Below, piece after piece: positions 9,976 to 19,541 of a stretch of 64,000 bases of DNA. The notes beneath the pieces are model-generated. The model was not told the origin of the DNA, made no database searches, and saw only the letters and a list, made by a program, of their open reading frames with translations. Source of the stretch: a virus. The position numbers were made by a program, and so were the translations under genes. Numbering within the stretch: position 1 is the stretch's first letter; every line of letters begins with the position of its first letter. Location of the stretch: the IMG/VR virus record IMGVR_UViG_3300042482_000679. The stretch is one strand, 5' to 3'.

Positions 9976-10196
9976 TGGTAAACGTTAAAAGACATATTGG
10001 TAAAACTATAAGTTACCGTTTGATTGGGACACTTACAACAGTGTTAGTAGCATATTCTTTTGGAGCGGATATAAAATTAGCTTCCTTAATGGGTGTTGGT
10101 GAATTATTATTTAAACCAGTAATCTACTTTTTACACGAAAGAGTTTGGTACAAATACATAAAATTTGGGTTGATAGAAAAAAAAGATGGAAATTAA
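9975..10196 (+). CDS. DUF2061-like small membrane protein
   Basis: RHIGKTISYRLIGT...YFLHERVW pattern, two hydrophobic segments. Confidence 0.8.
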   Translation: MVNVKRHIGKTISYRLIGTLTTVLVAYSFGADIKLASLMGVGELLFKPVIYFLHERVWYKYIKFGLIEKKDGN

Positions 10197-10746
10197 AGAT
10201 ATACAACATTCTGAAAATTGGTTTAATTACCAAGAATTTTACAATGAAATTGCTAGTAAAAAATATGAAACTTTAGTTGAGTTAGGTACTTGGAAAGGTC
10301 ACTCACTATCTTATTTGGCAAAAAAATTATTAGAACAAACTTACAAATTTGAACTATACGGAGTTGATTTATTTGATGATTCGTACATTCACACCAAAGA
10401 AGGAAACGAATATTTAACACCACAAATGAAATATATTTATGATGTTTATAATCAAAATTTAATTGATGCCGGTGTTAGAGATGTTGTTAAAGACATTAAA
10501 GGTAATACTTGGGACGCCGCAGCTCAATTTGAAGATGGTAGTGTGGATTTTGTGTTTATTGATGCAGACCATAATTATGAGTCAGTAAAAAAAGACATTC
10601 TTTCTTGGTTACCAAAAATGAGAGAAGGTGGAATTATGTCAGGTCACGATTATTGGAATCATACTTGTGGTGTTAAACAAGCAGTTGATGAACTTTTTCC
10701 TAATGTAATCATCGGTACAAATAACATTTGGATGGTTAAATTTTAA
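10186..10746 (+). CDS. Class I SAM-dependent methyltransferase (Methyltransf_24-like)
   Basis: VELGTWKGHS, VFIDADHNYE, GGIMSGHDY. Confidence 0.9.
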   Translation: MEIKDIQHSENWFNYQEFYNEIASKKYETLVELGTWKGHSLSYLAKKLLEQTYKFELYGVDLFDDSYIHTKEGNEYLTPQMKYIYDVYNQNLIDAGVRDVVKDIKGNTWDAAAQFEDGSVDFVFIDADHNYESVKKDILSWLPKMREGGIMSGHDYWNHTCGVKQAVDELFPNVIIGTNNIWMVKF

Positions 10747-10748
10747 TT

Positions 10749-11177
10749 ATGAAAAAAATTTCACATAGAGGTAATTTAAATGGTCGTATTCCTGAGAGAG
10801 AAAACTCACCTGATTATATTGTTGAGTCTTTATCTCTTGGTTATAATTGTGAGATTGATGTTTGGGTGGTTAATGATGAATATTTTTTAGGTCACGACAA
10901 AGCTCAATACAAAATTGAGGAGACATTTTTAGAAAGCAATTTATTATGGTGTCACGCTAAAAATATTCAAGCTCTCGAAAAGATGTTAAAGAATAAAAAA
11001 ATACATTGTTTTTGGCATCAAAATGATGATGTTACTTTAACATCGAAAGGTTTTATTTGGACCTATCCAAATAAAGAATTAACAAAAAAATCAATCTGTG
11101 TTTTACCTGAACTAAATTCTTTTGATATGGGAGATTGTTATGGGGTCTGTTCAGATTATATTCAACAATACAAATGA
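10749..11177 (+). CDS. Small GDPD/PLC-like phosphodiesterase
   Basis: ISHRGN...ENS...EIDVW...LGHD. Confidence 0.7.
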   Translation: MKKISHRGNLNGRIPERENSPDYIVESLSLGYNCEIDVWVVNDEYFLGHDKAQYKIEETFLESNLLWCHAKNIQALEKMLKNKKIHCFWHQNDDVTLTSKGFIWTYPNKELTKKSICVLPELNSFDMGDCYGVCSDYIQQYK

Positions 11178-12535
11178 TAAAGTTAATAATTTTTGATTTG
11201 GATGGTGTATTAATAGATACAAAAAATATTCATTTTGAATCATTAAATGACGCAATCGTAAAATATCAACCTGAATGTGTAATTCCTTGGGAAGAACATT
11301 TGGGTAAATTTGATGGGTTAAAAACAAATCAAAAGTTGGATATTTTAACTAAGGAAAAAAATCTTGATTCTAACCTGCATAATTTAATATGGTTAGAAAA
11401 ACAAAAATTAACCATCGAGAAATTAACTGAAACGGTTCCATCAAAACATATTGTCGAGTTATTTAAAAACTTATCTAAAGATGGGTATAAAATCGCCTGT
11501 TGCAGTAACTCAATTAGAAAGACGGTTTTAACTGTATTATCGAAACTTCAAATAATTGAGTTTTTCGATATTATCATATCAAATGAAGATGTGATTAATA
11601 GTAAACCACACCCTGAAATGTATTGGACTTGCATTTCGAAAATGAAATGCTTACCGGAACAAACATTAATTATTGAGGACTCTCCATACGGGTTATTAGC
11701 AGCATCAAGGTCCCATTCAAAAATTATGAGAGTGTCATCACCAGATGAAGTTAATACAAAAAATGTATACAATAAATTAAGTGAGATTAATCATATTACA
11801 ATGAAAAGCCCAAAGTGGTCAGACAAAAAATTAAATGTTCTTATACCTATGGCGGGTGCCGGTTCTCGTTTTGAAAAGGCCGGATATAGTTTTCCAAAAC
11901 CCCTAATAGATGTTAAGGGTGAACCAATGATTAAGGTTGTAAGTGAAAACTTAAACCTTGATGCGAACTTTATTTACATAGTTCAAAAATCACACAGAGA
12001 AAAATACAATTTAGACACATTATTAAATTTAATCAGTCCAAACTGTAAAATAGTTGAAGTTGACGGTGTTACGGAAGGTGCTGCGTGTACCACCCTTTTA
12101 GCCAAAGAATTCATCAATAATGACGATTCGTTAATCCTTGCAAACTCAGACCAATTTATTGAGTGGGACTCTAACGAGTTTATGTATAAAATGAAAGAAA
12201 CTGATGTTGATGGAGGTATTGTAACATTCGAATCTACCCACCCAAAATGGTCTTTTGCAAAATTAAATGAATTTGGTTTTGTTAGTGAAGTTGCCGAAAA
12301 GAATCCAATTTCTGACATAGCAACTGTAGGAATATATTACTGGAAGAAAGGTTCTGATTATGTAAAATATGCAGAACAAATGATTAGTAAGAACGTAAGA
12401 GTTAATAATGAATTTTATGTGTGTCCTGTCTTTAATGAGGCAATACCTGACGGTAAAAAAGTGATAAATTACCGTATAGACAAAATGTGGGGTCTTGGGA
12501 CACCGGAGGATTTAGTAACATACTTGAACAAGTAA
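11174..12535 (+). CDS. HAD phosphatase fused to sugar-phosphate nucleotidyltransferase
   Basis: FDLDGVL, KPHPE, IEDS (HAD); IPMAGAGSRF..PKPLI, EK, GLGTPEDL (NTP transferase); ATGA overlap at 11174. Confidence 0.85.
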   Translation: MIKLIIFDLDGVLIDTKNIHFESLNDAIVKYQPECVIPWEEHLGKFDGLKTNQKLDILTKEKNLDSNLHNLIWLEKQKLTIEKLTETVPSKHIVELFKNLSKDGYKIACCSNSIRKTVLTVLSKLQIIEFFDIIISNEDVINSKPHPEMYWTCISKMKCLPEQTLIIEDSPYGLLAASRSHSKIMRVSSPDEVNTKNVYNKLSEINHITMKSPKWSDKKLNVLIPMAGAGSRFEKAGYSFPKPLIDVKGEPMIKVVSENLNLDANFIYIVQKSHREKYNLDTLLNLISPNCKIVEVDGVTEGAACTTLLAKEFINNDDSLILANSDQFIEWDSNEFMYKMKETDVDGGIVTFESTHPKWSFAKLNEFGFVSEVAEKNPISDIATVGIYYWKKGSDYVKYAEQMISKNVRVNNEFYVCPVFNEAIPDGKKVINYRIDKMWGLGTPEDLVTYLNK

Positions 12536-12572
12536 TTCTTTTTTTTAAAATAAAACCTTTTATATTTTTAAA

Positions 12573-13415
12573 ATGAAAAAAATATATTTTGCAAATACTT
12601 CTTGGGGAGACTCAGAATCATTAGTAAGAAACATTATTGACCAAACCCCAAATAGTTTAGGTGTTTGGGAAGATGTTACATACACATTAAATAAATCAGA
12701 GTCGGATTTTATTATCGTGCAAGATGGGACCCCTGAGGATGTTGATGACTCCAAAGTAATTTATTTTGGTAGAGAACCTAAACACGTAACAGTTGCGTAT
12801 TATGAATGGAAAAGAAATTCATATGGGAACTATCATCACGAAGCAGGTAATTGTTGGTTACCATCGACTTGGTGGGTTAAACACCCATTTAATGAGTTGT
12901 TTGATTTAAACCCAACAAAGACTAAAAAACTATCCGCAATAGATTCTGGTAGAATTATGACAGAATATCATCATTTTAGAAAAGAATTGGTTACAAAATT
13001 GATGACGAATTATTCACAAGATGTTGATGTTTACGGACATATCAGACCAGGTCACGCCCTACCTCCTAGAGATAAAAAACAAGGTTTAATTGATTACAAT
13101 TACAACTTAGTTATTGAAAACGGTAAAACTGATTTTTATTTCAGTGAAAAATTTGTTGACCCAATTTTATTACTTACAATGCCAATTTATTCAGGTTGTA
13201 AACAAATTAGTAAGTTTTTTCCAAAAGGTAGTTATATCGAATTTGATGATTCTAAAGGTATCGATTATGCAATTAGTCAAATACTTGAAATTGCAAATTC
13301 AAACTATAGAGAAGAAAATATTGAAAATCTAAAAGAAGCAAGACACTTAGTCCTAAACAAATATAATATTTGGCCAACAATAAAAATGGCGATTGACAAT
13401 AAAAAAGTATTATAA
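12573..13415 (+). CDS. GT10 (alpha-1,3-fucosyltransferase-like) glycosyltransferase
   Basis: YNYNLVIEN...YFSEKFVDPILLLTMPIYSG matches the GT10 donor-binding motif. Confidence 0.8.
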   Translation: MKKIYFANTSWGDSESLVRNIIDQTPNSLGVWEDVTYTLNKSESDFIIVQDGTPEDVDDSKVIYFGREPKHVTVAYYEWKRNSYGNYHHEAGNCWLPSTWWVKHPFNELFDLNPTKTKKLSAIDSGRIMTEYHHFRKELVTKLMTNYSQDVDVYGHIRPGHALPPRDKKQGLIDYNYNLVIENGKTDFYFSEKFVDPILLLTMPIYSGCKQISKFFPKGSYIEFDDSKGIDYAISQILEIANSNYREENIENLKEARHLVLNKYNIWPTIKMAIDNKKVL

Positions 13416-13828
13416 TGGAAAAAATATATTCAAAAGTAGACCCATCTAAACTTCTTCATTTAATTGTTAGAAAAGATGACATCACTCCAGGAAGACAAGA
13501 TGTAATCTCTGAAGAAAACTTTATCCAATGTTCAATCTTGAATATGGAGGAAGGTAAAACATTTAAACCACATAAACACATTTGGAAAGAAAGAACTCGT
13601 AATGTAATCGCCCAAGAAAGTTGGATTGTAATCCAAGGCTCTGTAAAATGTATTTTTTATGATATTGATGACACTATAATTGCCGAACCAATATTAAATG
13701 TGGGTGATGCCAGTTTCACTTTAGAAGGTGGACATAATTACTATATTTTGGAAGACAACACTTTGGTTTATGAATATAAAACAGGTCCATATGAAGGTCA
13801 AAAATTAGATAAAACATTTATTGAATAA
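13415..13828 (+). CDS. Cupin-fold protein (WbuC/sugar isomerase-like)
   Basis: PHKH...QE...GGH...EYKTGPY. Confidence 0.75.
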   Translation: MEKIYSKVDPSKLLHLIVRKDDITPGRQDVISEENFIQCSILNMEEGKTFKPHKHIWKERTRNVIAQESWIVIQGSVKCIFYDIDDTIIAEPILNVGDASFTLEGGHNYYILEDNTLVYEYKTGPYEGQKLDKTFIE

Positions 13829-13829
13829 T

Positions 13830-14366
13830 ATGAAATTACATCTTGGTTGCGGTAAAAGAGATTTTGGTCCTGAATGGATTCACATCGATGGGGCGGACTT
13901 CCCACACATTAAAAGTCACGATATTACAAAATTAGATTTTGAAGAAAATACAGTTGATTTAATTTATTCATCACACACTTTGGAATACTTTGATAGAATT
14001 GAAGTTATTGAGGTATTGAAAGAATGGTTAAGAGTTTTAAAACCAAATGGCGTTTTAAGATTGGCGGTTCCTGATTTTGAATCAATGGTTCATCTCTATA
14101 TTGTTGGTGGTGAATTAGAATCATTTTTAGGCCCTCTATACGGTAGAATGGATATGGGTGACACCAAAATATATCATAGAACTTGTTATGACTTTAAATC
14201 ATTAAAGACTTTGTTAGAAAACAATGGTTTTACGGATGTATCAGTGTATGATTGGAGGGAGACTGAACATTCACACATTGATGACCATTCTCAAGCATAT
14301 CTACCACATATGGATAAAGAACACGGAACTTTAATTAGTTTAAACGTAGAATGTAAAAAAAAGTAA
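13830..14366 (+). CDS. SAM-dependent methyltransferase (type 11-like)
   Basis: LHLGCG, IYSSHTLEY, RVLKPNGVLRLAVPD. Confidence 0.88.
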   Translation: MKLHLGCGKRDFGPEWIHIDGADFPHIKSHDITKLDFEENTVDLIYSSHTLEYFDRIEVIEVLKEWLRVLKPNGVLRLAVPDFESMVHLYIVGGELESFLGPLYGRMDMGDTKIYHRTCYDFKSLKTLLENNGFTDVSVYDWRETEHSHIDDHSQAYLPHMDKEHGTLISLNVECKKK

Positions 14367-14367
14367 T

Positions 14368-14964
14368 ATGACACCAACATTTGAAATTGTTCAGGAATTT
14401 GAAAGTAAAGTTGCGGAGTTTTTTGGAGCACCGTTCGCAGTTGCTTTTGATAGTTGCACACACGGGATTGAAGTTGTTCTTAGATATTTGGAAACTAAAG
14501 AAATTTCAGTGCCAACAAGAACATACTTATCCATCCCATTTTTAGCTAATAAATTAAACATTGGTTTAGAATGGAGAATCGAAGCTTGGCAAGATTACTA
14601 CTACATTACAGACAGAGTAATTGATGCCGCTGTTTTATGGAAAAAAGATTCTTATATCCCAGATACATTTATGGGAATTAGTTTTCAATACCAAAAACAC
14701 TTATCTTTAGGTAGAGGTGGGGTTATATTATTAGATAACGAACACGATAAAAATCAAATTAAAAAAATGTCATACGACGGTAGATTACCTATGATACCTT
14801 GGAGAGACCAAAACATCGACACTTTTGGTTATCACTATTATATGACGCCAGAAACCGCAAAATTGGGTTTATCAAAACTAGAGGACGCAATCAACACAGA
14901 ACCAAAAAAATGGGTGGTTACAGATTGGCCAGATTTAACAGAAATGGATATTTTTAAAAAATGA
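14368..14964 (+). CDS. Short DegT/DnrJ/EryC1/StrS PLP-dependent sugar aminotransferase
   Basis: FESKVAEFFG...SCTHG, DAA, SFQYQKHLSLGRGG; only 198 aa. Confidence 0.8.
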   Translation: MTPTFEIVQEFESKVAEFFGAPFAVAFDSCTHGIEVVLRYLETKEISVPTRTYLSIPFLANKLNIGLEWRIEAWQDYYYITDRVIDAAVLWKKDSYIPDTFMGISFQYQKHLSLGRGGVILLDNEHDKNQIKKMSYDGRLPMIPWRDQNIDTFGYHYYMTPETAKLGLSKLEDAINTEPKKWVVTDWPDLTEMDIFKK

Positions 14965-15941
14965 GTAAAGTAGCTTTTATAACAGGAATTAATGGTCAAG
15001 ACGGTAGTTACTTGGCGGAACACTTATTAACTATGGGTTATGAAGTTCACGGTATGGTTAGAAGAAATTCTATGTCCGAGAACCAAGATTCAAGAGTTTA
15101 TCACTTAACAGACCAAATAACAACACATTATGGAGACTTATTGGATGAAAGTTCTATTGATAGAATTTTAGAAAAAGTAAGACCTGATGAAATTTATAAC
15201 ATTGGTGCACAAAGTCACGTAAGAATATCTTTTGATATGCCACAATTTACGGTTAAAACAAATGCTCTTGGTGTATTGAATGTTTTAGAGTCATACAGAA
15301 GAGTTGTACCAAACGCTAAATTTTATCAAGCGTCATCTTCTGAAATGTTTGGTAATAGTGTTGATGAGGATGGGTTTCAAAGAGAAACCACCCCGATGCA
15401 TCCAGTATCACCTTATGGATGTTCAAAATTGTTTGGTTATTCTATCGTTAGAAACTATAGAAAGGCATACGGATTACACGCAACTAACGGAATATTATTT
15501 AATCACGAGTCACCAAGACGAGGTTCAAATTTTGTAACTAACAAAGTTGTTAAAACCGCAGTACAAATTAAACTTGGTCTTGAGAAAAAATTAGAATTAG
15601 GGAATTTAGACTCATACAGAGATTGGGGTCACTCAAAAGATTATGTTAAAGCAATGCATTTAATTATGAATCACGAAACACCTGAAGACTTTGTTGTATC
15701 AACAATGCAAACCCACTCTGTAAGAGATATGACAAAATATGTTTTTGATAGTATGAATATGAACTATGAAGACTATGTAACACAAAATCCAATTTTCATC
15801 AGACCTGAAGAATTAAAATATCTTAAGGGAGATTCTACAAAGGCTAGAACAATACTTGGTTGGAAACCTGAATATACATTTGAGTCAATGTTAGATGAAA
15901 TGGTTGAATATTGGTATAACCATTTTTCAAAACAACTATAA
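14961..15941 (+). CDS. gmd: GDP-mannose 4,6-dehydratase
   Basis: AFITGINGQDGSYLAE, AQSHV, YQASSSEMFG, SPYGCSK, LFNHESPRRG, RDWGH. Confidence 0.96.
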   Translation: MSKVAFITGINGQDGSYLAEHLLTMGYEVHGMVRRNSMSENQDSRVYHLTDQITTHYGDLLDESSIDRILEKVRPDEIYNIGAQSHVRISFDMPQFTVKTNALGVLNVLESYRRVVPNAKFYQASSSEMFGNSVDEDGFQRETTPMHPVSPYGCSKLFGYSIVRNYRKAYGLHATNGILFNHESPRRGSNFVTNKVVKTAVQIKLGLEKKLELGNLDSYRDWGHSKDYVKAMHLIMNHETPEDFVVSTMQTHSVRDMTKYVFDSMNMNYEDYVTQNPIFIRPEELKYLKGDSTKARTILGWKPEYTFESMLDEMVEYWYNHFSKQL

Positions 15942-16078
15942 TGTCAGAAAAAAAACCAAAAAAACCGGAAAAACAAACCGAGGACAAACCATACATTTAT
16001 GAAAGTCCTGATAAAGGAAAAACTATCTACAAAAGAAAATTAGGTGAATACCCGATTGAACGAGAACGTATAAAATAA
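15941..16078 (+). CDS. Small basic hypothetical protein (45 aa; not in the ORF track)
   Basis: MSEKKPKK...IYESPDKGKTIYKRKLG; TAATG junctions on both sides. Confidence 0.65.
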   Translation: MSEKKPKKPEKQTEDKPYIYESPDKGKTIYKRKLGEYPIERERIK

Positions 16079-16812
16079 TGAGGATGAAGAAAAAAACAAA
16101 CAACCCAACACCAACTCCTGAGTATGGTGGTTCACCAAGAACTAAAAAGGAACTGATTTCAACAATCATAAAAAGACAAACAAAAGAAAAATTTCTAAGT
16201 GAAAGTCAGAAGTTGTATTACGAAAAATTAAAAACATCTGAAATCACAATTTGTTCGGGTCCTGCAGGTGTGGGTAAAAGTTACATAGCAATGAAAGCGG
16301 CTATTGACCTATTAGCTGACCCTAGTACACCTTACGAAAAGATAATCATTGTTAGACCAGCGGTTGAAGCTGAAGAAAAACTGGGTTCTTTACCGGGTAA
16401 TGTTGAAGAGAAACTTGACCCATATATCTTCCCAAGTTATTACCTTTTAAACAAAATTATCGGTAAAGACGCACGTGAAAAATTAAAAGATATTGAAGCG
16501 ATTGAAGTATTCGCATTGGCTTATATGAGAGGTATGAATATTGACAACTCAATTCTAATCTTTGAAGAAGCTCAGAACGCAACCCCCAATCAAATGAAAT
16601 TGCTTTTGACAAGAATTGGGTTTAACTCCAAATTCTTTATCTCAGGTGACTTAGAACAAACTGACCGATACAAAGATAAAACACACTCAGGTTTGTGGGA
16701 CGCGATGAAAAGATTCTCAGATTTAGATAACATCGGAACTCACGAGTTCAAAGATACTGATGTTGTGAGAAATCCTTTGATTACCAAAATACTAAAAAGA
16801 TACGAAGATTAA
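16078..16812 (+). CDS. phoH: PhoH-family ATPase
   Basis: GPAGVGKS, RPAVEAEEKLGSLPG, YMRG, EEAQN, GDLEQTD, VVRNPL. Confidence 0.95.
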   Translation: MRMKKKTNNPTPTPEYGGSPRTKKELISTIIKRQTKEKFLSESQKLYYEKLKTSEITICSGPAGVGKSYIAMKAAIDLLADPSTPYEKIIIVRPAVEAEEKLGSLPGNVEEKLDPYIFPSYYLLNKIIGKDAREKLKDIEAIEVFALAYMRGMNIDNSILIFEEAQNATPNQMKLLLTRIGFNSKFFISGDLEQTDRYKDKTHSGLWDAMKRFSDLDNIGTHEFKDTDVVRNPLITKILKRYED

Positions 16813-16813
16813 A

Positions 16814-17404
16814 ATGAGAATCGCAATTGATGTTAACGGAGTTCTTAGAGACACTCTTTTAAGAATTGAACAGGTCTATACTAAGTTCTATGTTGATAAT
16901 CCATTTATCACTGATGAGGAAAAAGAACCTTATGAAGTGTTATCACCCGTAGAAACTTTAGATATTTCAAAACACCTGAAATTCAAAGATGAGGATGAGG
17001 TTTATGACTTCTTGTATAGAGAACATACTATGGAAATATTTGGTCACGCTCCGTCCGTAGAAATGACATCATTTAACGACTTCAACGAGTTTTATACTGA
17101 CCACAGAGATAATAACGAAATTATTATTGTATCTGATGAGATTGGTAAATCAAAACCCGCAACATTATTCTTCTTATCTAAGTTTGGATGTTTAGTAGAA
17201 AAGATAAAATTCTACTCAGAAATCACCACTAATTCTATGTGGGATGAAATAGATGTTTTACTTACGGCTAATCCTAACTTATTATTAAATCACCCTACTG
17301 ATAAAATTGTGATAAAATTCAACACTGTCTATAATACAGATATTGATATAACACACAATATTAATACTATTAAAGAACTTAAAGAAATTATAGAAAAATT
17401 ATGA
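16814..17404 (+). CDS. HAD-fold 5'(3')-nucleotidase-like protein
   Basis: RIAIDVNGVLRD N-terminal motif (DxN variant). Confidence 0.55.
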   Translation: MRIAIDVNGVLRDTLLRIEQVYTKFYVDNPFITDEEKEPYEVLSPVETLDISKHLKFKDEDEVYDFLYREHTMEIFGHAPSVEMTSFNDFNEFYTDHRDNNEIIIVSDEIGKSKPATLFFLSKFGCLVEKIKFYSEITTNSMWDEIDVLLTANPNLLLNHPTDKIVIKFNTVYNTDIDITHNINTIKELKEIIEKL

Positions 17405-17676
17405 TAGAAGTATTTGGACAAAACTATTATGTGGATTTCGATAAAATCGAATCATACATTGATACTATCGGTGACGAAAGTTTAAATCTTTCAGGTGGGA
17501 CGGAAATGAAAATTAATGTTGTAAAATACGAGCTAATTAAATTAATGTTAGATGTTATTTTTAGTGAAATGGATATGGGAGACAATAAATTAGGACTTAA
17601 AAGTTCAGAAATATCCATACCATTTAGATTAGCATTTAACTCATTATTAAACAAAAATATAATAAATCATTATTAA
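17401..17676 (+). CDS. Hypothetical protein
   Basis: 91 aa, ATGA overlap. Confidence 0.65.
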   Translation: MIEVFGQNYYVDFDKIESYIDTIGDESLNLSGGTEMKINVVKYELIKLMLDVIFSEMDMGDNKLGLKSSEISIPFRLAFNSLLNKNIINHY

Positions 17677-17677
17677 T

Positions 17678-18733
17678 ATGGACCAATTACAAATTGACAA
17701 GGTAAAACAATCTATAGACAAACTTAGAGATAAGTCGTCTAAAATTTATTTCTTTGTGCACGACACAAAAGGAAATGCGAAAGCATCAATAAAATACATT
17801 TATGATATGGCGTTGACTCTTAAAAGAGGGGGTTACAACGCAATCATTCTTCACGAGAAGAAAGATTACACAGGAGTTTCAGGATGGTTGAATGAGGAGT
17901 ATATGAATGAAATCCCTCATAAAGTTATTGAAGGTGAGAATATTGAAATTGCACCTGAAGACTTTTTGGTAATCCCTGAAATCTTTGGGTTTATGATGGA
18001 CCAAGTTAAAAACTTACCTTGTGGTAAAATTGTATTAACTCAGGGTTATTCATATATGTTGGAAACATTACAACCAGGTCAAACTTGGAATCAGTTTGGT
18101 TTCTTAAAATGTATCACCACAAGTGAAGTTCAAAAAGACTACATTCAAAAAGTTATGAGAGGTCAAACTTTTGATGTTATCGAACCATTTATTGAGGATT
18201 ACTTCAAAAAGTCTGAAAGACTTCCGATGCCAATTATCGGTGTTCACTCAAGAGAACAAGAAGATACAATTAACCTAATCAAAACTTTCTATTTGAGATT
18301 CCCTCAGTTTAGATGGTTTACGTTTAGAGATTTACGTGGATTGAGTCAAGAACAATTCGCTAAGGCAATCTCAGAATGTTTCTTAACAGTTTGGATTGAT
18401 AGAAACAGTGCTTACGGTACCTTCCCATTGGAGAGTATGAAATGTGGTGTTCCAACAATTGGTATCCAACCAAACTTGAAACCTGAGTGGATGAATGAAA
18501 CTAATGGTGTGTGGATTAAGGACGAAACTTTACTACCTGAATTAATTGCCGATTGGTCTCAACATTGGTTAGAAGATGACATTTCAGAAGATGTCCTTAA
18601 AAATTTAGATATAACAATCGAACCTTTACCAAATAAAGAGTCGTTTCAAAATAAAGTGATAGAAGTGTTCTCGGGATACCTTAATACCAGAGCAGAATCT
18701 ATGGAAGAACAAATCTCAAAATTCGCAGAATAA
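17678..18733 (+). CDS. Glycosyltransferase, GT-B fold
   Basis: VIPEI and AYGTFPLESMKCGVP (GT4-type E..G.P motif). Confidence 0.75.
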   Translation: MDQLQIDKVKQSIDKLRDKSSKIYFFVHDTKGNAKASIKYIYDMALTLKRGGYNAIILHEKKDYTGVSGWLNEEYMNEIPHKVIEGENIEIAPEDFLVIPEIFGFMMDQVKNLPCGKIVLTQGYSYMLETLQPGQTWNQFGFLKCITTSEVQKDYIQKVMRGQTFDVIEPFIEDYFKKSERLPMPIIGVHSREQEDTINLIKTFYLRFPQFRWFTFRDLRGLSQEQFAKAISECFLTVWIDRNSAYGTFPLESMKCGVPTIGIQPNLKPEWMNETNGVWIKDETLLPELIADWSQHWLEDDISEDVLKNLDITIEPLPNKESFQNKVIEVFSGYLNTRAESMEEQISKFAE

Positions 18734-18734
18734 T

Positions 18735-19541
18735 ATGGAAGAAAAATTAAATTTATCAGTAATCCTACCCATCAAATCATCATTAGCATTAAATTTTGAT
18801 GAGTATTTTAATAAAGCAATTACTTCATTAAAAAACCAAATGGTTGGTTTTGAAGAATTAATCATTGTTAGTTCAAATGAAGAACAACTAAAGTCTTACT
18901 TAGAATCATTTGATTTTGGTGACTTGAATGTTGTAAAATTAAATTACGATGGTGAACCAAATTATTCATCACAAATTAATTATGGTGTATCACAAGCCAA
19001 GGGTGAATGGATTTCATTTTTTGAATTTGATGACGAATACGCATCAATTTGGTTTAAAAATGTTTTAAAGTATTCAAAATCATATCCTGAAGTACAAGCT
19101 TTCTTACCTGTAGTTGTTGATGTTGATGATAAAGAAGTTTTTGCTGGTTTCACAAATGAAGCGGTATTTGCCGCAAACTTCTCACAAGAAATGGGATATT
19201 TGACAAATGATATTCTACAAGATTATCAAAACTTCCAAAGCTCAGGTATGGTAATTAAAAAGAGCGTTGTCGAAGAGTTTGGTGGTTTTAAATCTTCAAT
19301 CAAACTTACATTCGTATACGAATTTTTACTTAGAATGACATACAATTCGGTATCTATTATGACAATCCCAAGATTAGGATACAAACATACAAATATGAGA
19401 ACAGGTTCATTGTTTTGGAACTACAAGTTTAGTGATGAGAAAATGGTTGAGGATGAGGTTAAGTTTTGGGTCCAAACAGCTAAAAAAGAATATTTCTTCT
19501 CAAATGATAGAACCATAAAGTATGAGAGTCAAAATGGATAA
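18735..19541 (+). CDS. Glycosyltransferase family 2
   Basis: LSVILPI...NYGVSQAKGEWISFFEFDD. Confidence 0.8.
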   Translation: MEEKLNLSVILPIKSSLALNFDEYFNKAITSLKNQMVGFEELIIVSSNEEQLKSYLESFDFGDLNVVKLNYDGEPNYSSQINYGVSQAKGEWISFFEFDDEYASIWFKNVLKYSKSYPEVQAFLPVVVDVDDKEVFAGFTNEAVFAANFSQEMGYLTNDILQDYQNFQSSGMVIKKSVVEEFGGFKSSIKLTFVYEFLLRMTYNSVSIMTIPRLGYKHTNMRTGSLFWNYKFSDEKMVEDEVKFWVQTAKKEYFFSNDRTIKYESQNG

